A DNA stretch of 64,000 bases from Terriglobia bacterium (GTDB lineage Bacteria > Acidobacteriota > Terriglobia > 20CM-2-55-15). The stretch lies in the NCBI GenBank assembly GCA_965198225.1, contig CBDAOY010000006.1, positions 64,001 through 128,000 of the forward strand, in the 5' to 3' direction. Positions 58,959 to 64,000 of the stretch are shown piece after piece; within the stretch, counting starts at the first letter, position 1, and each line of letters starts with the position of its first letter. The notes beneath the pieces were generated by a model that searched no databases, was not told the origin of the DNA, and worked only from the letters and a program-made list of their open reading frames with translations. The position numbers and the translations under genes were made by a program.

Positions 58959-59465
58959 TTACTTCCTCCCCACCAGCGTCGCCACCGCTCGACCTTCGAC
59001 GACACTCTCCTCGTAGTGGATCAACTCCAGGTCGCAGAAGGCCCGACGGAGTTCTCCCGGGTCCAGCAAATATTCGCGGCGTGGTCGAACATGCCCTAGA
59101 ACTTCGGCGTTGTCGGTCGTAAAAGTCCGGAAAAACAGGAGCCCGCCTGGCCGAAGCGCGGACAGGTATTGGGGAAAAAGCGACCGGTCGAGGAATAGGG
59201 TATTGATAATCGCGTCGCAGCTCCCAGGAAGCAGCGACATGTTCTCCACATCGGCTTCGACGGCTTCCAGATCCAGACCTTCTGCCCGCGCTGTCTCCCC
59301 GAGATCACAGATGAATTCGGGGTTGCGCTCCATCGCCAGAACCGCACAAGCGCGCCGCGCAAACAGGAGCGCATGGCGCCCTCCGCCGGAGGCGACGTCC
59401 AAGACTCGCGCTCCGGGCTCTACCAGCTTCGAGAATCGAACGATGAAGTCTTCAGGCTCATTCAT
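58959..59465 (-). CDS. Class I SAM-dependent methyltransferase (TehB-like)
   Basis: VLDVASGGGRHA, FLDR, LRPGGLL, YLLDPGEL. Confidence 0.88.
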   Translation of the reverse strand: MNEPEDFIVRFSKLVEPGARVLDVASGGGRHALLFARRACAVLAMERNPEFICDLGETARAEGLDLEAVEADVENMSLLPGSCDAIINTLFLDRSLFPQYLSALRPGGLLFFRTFTTDNAEVLGHVRPRREYLLDPGELRRAFCDLELIHYEESVVEGRAVATLVGRK

Positions 59466-59542
59466 CAGTCACCTGGCACTCAGCGTGCACGTGGCGCATA
59501 GCGAGGCTAAGCAGCCCGTGGCAGCAGGCTGCTAGACCCACG

Positions 59543-60680
59543 ATGGCAGAGAACCCCATCCACGCTCAAGCACTCCGTCGTAAGAAAGCATTCCTCCGGA
59601 TGATCCTCGTACCGGGCCTCGGAACGCAAACCCTCAAGAAACTGACGTCGCACTTCGAACGGCCGGAGTCTGTGGTAGAAGCCGGTCGAGACCAACTGCG
59701 TCGGTTGTCCGGTTTCCGACGACGTCATCGACGATCTCCTGTCCGGCCAGTCCGCCGAGAGAGCCGAGGCCGAATGGCAGAGGACTGTCGAAGCGGAGAT
59801 TGAGGTCGTCGACATCCTGGACGACGCCTATCCACCGCTGCTTCGGGAGATATATGACCCACCGCTCGTGTTGTACGTTCGCGGCTGCGTGTCGGAGATC
59901 ATCCGGCCGCAGGTGGCCATCGTCGGGACGCGACGGCCGTCCCCCTATGGTGTCAACTGCGCTGAGCGACTGGCCGAAGACCTTGCGAATCGCGGCCTGG
60001 TCGTCACGTCGGGAATGGCCCGGGGCATCGACGCGGCGGCCCATCGCGGATCACTCGCGGGAGGACAGACCGTGGCCGTTTTCGGGACCGGACTGGACCA
60101 GGCATACCCGCGAGAAAATCGCCGACTCGCTGATTTGGCGGCGCAAAATGGCGCTCTGGTGTCGGAATTTCCCCTGGGAACTCCACCACTGCCCCAGAAC
60201 TTTCCCCTCCGAAACCGGATCCTGGCCGGGATGACCCTGGGGACAGTCGTCGTCGAGGCGGCGGAACGGTCGGGCTCGCTCATTACGGCGCGTCTCGCCC
60301 TCGATGCCAATCGCGAAGTGTTCGCGGTTCCGGGGCCGATCAACTCCGCGACAAGTGTCGGGCCTCACCTGCTCATTCGTCAGGGGGCGCGCCTGGTGTC
60401 GGACTGGCGGGATGTGATCGAGGAACTCCCTGCCGCTGTTTCGGCAGAAATACCGACATTCGAGGAACCGAATCCCGGAGCGGCCCGCGAAGGCGGCACG
60501 CTCGACGAGCGGCAACGTCGGGTCCGAGACGCCCTGTCCGCGTCCTGTCCGATTCCGATCGACGCTCTGCTTTCGAAACTGTCCCTGGAAGCGTCCGACG
60601 TCTATGCGGCTCTGGTCGAACTGGAGCTGTTGGACCTTATTCGGCAACTTCCGGGACAACGATACATCCGAAAGTTATGA
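59543..60680 (+). pseudogene. dprA: DNA-processing protein DprA, interrupted by a frameshift near 59705-59715
   Basis: LVPGLG N-terminus in one frame; AYPPLLREIYDPPLVLY, AIVGTR, SGMARGID, FPLRNRI, SGSLITA continue in the +1 frame; lies upstream of topA as usual. Confidence 0.85.
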
Positions 60681-60799
60681 AAGGGCTTAGGTGGCGATCG
60701 AACGAGGAAGTTCAAAAGACGGGGTTGATTTTTACCGTGACAATACTTAATAACTTACAAGTCGTGACCGGAATCTGACCGAAAGACCGCGTGACAACG

Positions 60800-63268
60800 A
60801 TGGCAACTAAGACCACCAAGAAAACAAAGACGACGAAAAAGAAGGCCACGCCGAAGAAGGCGCTCGTGATCGTAGAGTCGCCGGCGAAGGCCAATACGAT
60901 CCGCAAGTATCTCGGGTCGGGCTACGTCGTCAAGGCCTCGGTCGGACACGTAAAGGATCTGCCCAAGAGCAAGCTCGGCATCGACATCGAACATAAGTTC
61001 GAGCCGGCCTACGAACTGATACCCGGGAAGGAAAAGGTCGTCAAGGAGCTTCGCAACGCCGCTCGCTCCGCCAACAAGATCTTCCTGGCTACGGACAACG
61101 ACCGCGAAGGTGAGGCTATCTGCCAGCACCTGAAAGAAATCCTGGACGGCAAGGACCGGGAGATCCTCAGGGTCCTGTTCAACGAGATCACGCCCCGAGC
61201 CATCCGTGGCGCGATCGACAAACCGTCGGAAATCAACTCGAACGTCGTCTATGCCCAGCAGGCGCGCCGGATACTCGACCGGCTTGTGGGTTACCAGGTC
61301 AGCCCGCTGCTGTGGGACAAGGTCCGGCGCGGGATCTCGGCGGGACGGGTCCAGACCGTGGCACTGCGCCTGATCGTCGAACGCGAGCGCGAAGTCCAGG
61401 AATTCAAATCCGAAGAGTACTGGACGATCGGAGCCAGACTCGAAGGGCACGAGCCGCCGCCGTTCGAAGCCCGGCTCGTCAAGTACCAGGACAAAAACAT
61501 CGCGGTTGCCAGCCAGGCCGAGGCCGACCACATCGTTTCGGCGGTGCGGGATTCGAAGTTCCTGGTTCAATCGGTCGTCAAGAAGGAGAGAAAGCGCAGG
61601 CCGGTTCCGCCGTTCACGACCAGCAAACTGCAGCAGGATGCGGCCAGGCGGTTCCGCTTCACGGTCAAGAAGACGATGATGCTGGCCCAGCGGCTCTATG
61701 AGGGGAAGGAGATCGGCGAAGAAGGCAGCGTCGGTCTCATCACTTACATGCGGACCGACTCCACACGGATATCCGACGACGCGATGGGCATGGTTCGCAG
61801 TTACGTCTCCGGGAACTACGGCTCTGGCTATCTCCCCGAAAAACCGGTTGTCTACAAGAGCAAGAAGGGTGCACAGGACGCCCACGAGGCAATCCGCCCG
61901 ACGTTCGTCGAGCACACTCCGGACGAGATCAAGGGCTATCTCAGCGAAGACGAGTACAAGCTCTACTGGTTGATCTGGACCCGGTTCGTGGCATCACAGA
62001 TGAATCCTGCCGTCTACGACCAGACAACGGTGGAGATCGAAACGAAGGGCTACCTGTTCCGGGCCAACGGCAGGGTCCAGAAATTCGACGGATTCCTGAA
62101 GGTATATGAGGAGTCGAAAGAAGAGGACGCCAAGACGGCGCCCGAAGATGAGAACGTCCAACTCCCGCCGCTGACGGAAGGCGAGGCCCTGCGCCTGCTC
62201 GAATTGGATCCCGCGCAGCATTTCACCGAACCGCCGCCGCGCTTCACAGAAGCCGGCTTGGTCAAAGCGCTGGAAGAGAAGGGCATCGGGCGCCCGTCCA
62301 CCTACGCCACGATCCTGACGACGATCCAGGATCGTGAATACGCCCAGAAGAAACAAAACAAGTTCAAGCCGACCGAACTCGGAACAGTCGTCACGGATCA
62401 ACTCGTGAAGCATTTCGCCGACATCTTCGACGTTCAGTACACAGCCAGAATGGAAGAGGAACTGGACGAAGTCGAAGAAGGCAAAATGACGTGGGTCGAA
62501 GCGCTCGATGAATTCTACTCCAAGTTCGAAAAAGACCTGTCTGAAGCCAAGGTCAACATGGAGAACATCAAGCGGCAGGAGATCGCGACCGACGAGGTTT
62601 GCGACAAGTGCGGCAAGCCGATGGTGATCAAGTGGGGTCAGTTCGGCAGCTTCCTCGCCTGCACGGGATATCCGGACTGCACCAACACGAAGGAACTGCA
62701 GAAAGACGAAGACGACGCCGAAGAGGAAAACAAGGAACAGGAGACGATCGAGCCGTGCGAGAACTGCGGACGCGCGATGACGCTCAAGCGGGGACGCTAC
62801 GGTCAGTTCTACGCTTGCACCGGGTACCCCGAGTGCAAGACGACTCGAAAAATGGGTCCGGGCGAAGCCAAGCCGAAGGCGCCCGATGTGCCTCTGGAAG
62901 AGGAGTGTCCGAAGTGCGGCACGAACCTGGTTCTCAAGGATGGGCGCTTCGGCCAGTTCACAGCCTGCGGCAACTATCCCAAGTGCAAGTACATCAAACC
63001 CAAGTTGGTCGGCGTAGGGTGCCCCAAAACCGATTGTGGGGGCGACATCATCGAACGGCGATCCAAGAGGGGAAAGACGTTCTACGGCTGTTCGAACTAC
63101 CCGAAATGCGACTTCGTCCTCTGGCAGACGCCCGTCGCCGAAGCGTGCCCGCAATGCAACTCCCCTTACCTGCTCGAAAAGACCACCAAACGGGGAGGCC
63201 CCATCCGTTATTGCAACGAAGAATCCTGCGACTACAAGATCTCTCTGGAGACCGCCCCCGCAGGCTAG
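60800..63268 (+). CDS. topA: DNA topoisomerase I
   Basis: IVESPAKA, ASVGH, ATDNDREGE, SAGRVQ, ITYMRTDS, GIGRPSTY, four C-terminal zinc ribbons. Confidence 0.98.
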   Translation: MATKTTKKTKTTKKKATPKKALVIVESPAKANTIRKYLGSGYVVKASVGHVKDLPKSKLGIDIEHKFEPAYELIPGKEKVVKELRNAARSANKIFLATDNDREGEAICQHLKEILDGKDREILRVLFNEITPRAIRGAIDKPSEINSNVVYAQQARRILDRLVGYQVSPLLWDKVRRGISAGRVQTVALRLIVEREREVQEFKSEEYWTIGARLEGHEPPPFEARLVKYQDKNIAVASQAEADHIVSAVRDSKFLVQSVVKKERKRRPVPPFTTSKLQQDAARRFRFTVKKTMMLAQRLYEGKEIGEEGSVGLITYMRTDSTRISDDAMGMVRSYVSGNYGSGYLPEKPVVYKSKKGAQDAHEAIRPTFVEHTPDEIKGYLSEDEYKLYWLIWTRFVASQMNPAVYDQTTVEIETKGYLFRANGRVQKFDGFLKVYEESKEEDAKTAPEDENVQLPPLTEGEALRLLELDPAQHFTEPPPRFTEAGLVKALEEKGIGRPSTYATILTTIQDREYAQKKQNKFKPTELGTVVTDQLVKHFADIFDVQYTARMEEELDEVEEGKMTWVEALDEFYSKFEKDLSEAKVNMENIKRQEIATDEVCDKCGKPMVIKWGQFGSFLACTGYPDCTNTKELQKDEDDAEEENKEQETIEPCENCGRAMTLKRGRYGQFYACTGYPECKTTRKMGPGEAKPKAPDVPLEEECPKCGTNLVLKDGRFGQFTACGNYPKCKYIKPKLVGVGCPKTDCGGDIIERRSKRGKTFYGCSNYPKCDFVLWQTPVAEACPQCNSPYLLEKTTKRGGPIRYCNEESCDYKISLETAPAG

Positions 63269-63295
63269 GCTTTCCGGAGATCGGAATTCGTTCCT

Positions 63296-63346
63296 GCACT
63301 CTTCTGCTTATTGAACACCCGGGGACAGGGCTATACCCCTGTCCCC
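63296..63346. repeat. GGGGACAGGG/CCCTGTCCCC hairpin repeat
   Basis: Stem 63321-63330 / 63337-63346; flank resembles the reverse complement of 58897-58945. Confidence 0.75.
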
Positions 63347-63434
63347 CTCACAGTGGCTCTCTCGCGGACGCTTCGCTGTAACGGGTGATAGACCACACGC
63401 TGTCGCCGGCAAGCTATAATCGCTCCAACTATCG

Positions 63435-64000
63435 ATGTCTGGGGAGATCACCATCATCGGGGGTGGACTGGCCGGTTGTGAGGCAGCCTGGCAGGTGGTG
63501 CGTCAGGGAGGGCGGGCCCGACTGTTCGAGATGCGGCCGGAACAGGGGACTCCCGCGCACAAGACTGATCAGCTCGCCGAAATCGTTTGCAGCAACTCGC
63601 TGAAATCCGACACACCTTACAACGCGTCGTGGTTACTGAAGCAAGAGCTTCGCGCGCTCGGCTCGTTCCTGCTGGAGGTGGCCGATCGCGCGCGAGTGCC
63701 GGCCGGGGGCGCGTTGGCCGTCGACCGGAGCCGCTTCTCGGGGGCCGTGACCGAAGCGATCGAGGCGGAACCGAACATCGAGTTGATACGGCGAGAGGCA
63801 CCCGTGATTCCCGATGACGGGATCGTCATCGTGGCGAGCGGCCCCCTGACCTCGTCCTCATTGTCCCGGTCCATCCGGGACTTCTGCGGACAGGAACATC
63901 TCTACTTCTACGACGCCATCTCTCCCATCGTGGATGCGGAATCGATCGACGCAGGGAAGGTGTTTCGGGCTTCCCGGTACGGCAAGGCGGAAGGGGACTA
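63435..64000 (+). CDS. trmFO: tRNA (uracil-54)-methyltransferase TrmFO, partial
   Basis: Manual translation MSGEITIIGGGLAGCEAAWQ..FEMRP..TPAH..AEIVCSNSL..VPAGGALAVDR..ASGPLTS..LYFYDAISPIV; follows topA. Confidence 0.95.
   Translation, partial: MSGEITIIGGGLAGCEAAWQVVRQGGRARLFEMRPEQGTPAHKTDQLAEIVCSNSLKSDTPYNASWLLKQELRALGSFLLEVADRARVPAGGALAVDRSRFSGAVTEAIEAEPNIELIRREAPVIPDDGIVIVASGPLTSSSLSRSIRDFCGQEHLYFYDAISPIVDAESIDAGKVFRASRYGKAEGD

Noticed and set aside
59506-59535. Short IR CTAAGCAGCC..GGCTGCTAG resembling an IS end
   Set aside because: Too short and single-copy in this window to support a mobile element call

Overview
GC-rich bacterial chromosomal window. Gene style (eukaryotic-type Ser/Thr kinase starting MIGQTISHY, MacB permeases, HEAT and carboxypeptidase-regulatory-domain proteins) suggests Acidobacteriota, which is an inference. 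The left end holds a partial kinase and a small toxin-antitoxin cluster (yefM-yoeB, abrB-doc, one remnant). The rest is mostly housekeeping and envelope genes: radical SAM, rhomboids, plsY, a DAG-kinase-like gene, fatty acyl reductase, tesA-ybbAP, tex, hemE-H-G-lpxD-fbp, a long purB-S-Q-L-F-M-N-tyrS-pdxJ run, rlmN, a frameshifted dprA, topA and trmFO. The unusual content is mainly intergenic. Many spacers carry non-autonomous repeats from at least six families, often nested and often supplying a neighbouring gene's stop codon. These include about 30 GTAG-REP hairpins in G-type/C-type doublets, 7-nt and 8-nt periodic arrays, a ~110-bp cargo core shared by two REP families, a three-part composite repeat, and two diverged copies of a ~265-bp branched element with covarying helices. 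Notable proteins are an orphan cNMP-binding-domain/PilB-GspE ATPase fusion and a stand-alone AAA_assoc_C-like protein coupled to purS. No transposase, CRISPR array, rRNA or tRNA was recognised. All calls come from motif reading by eye; no database searches were run.
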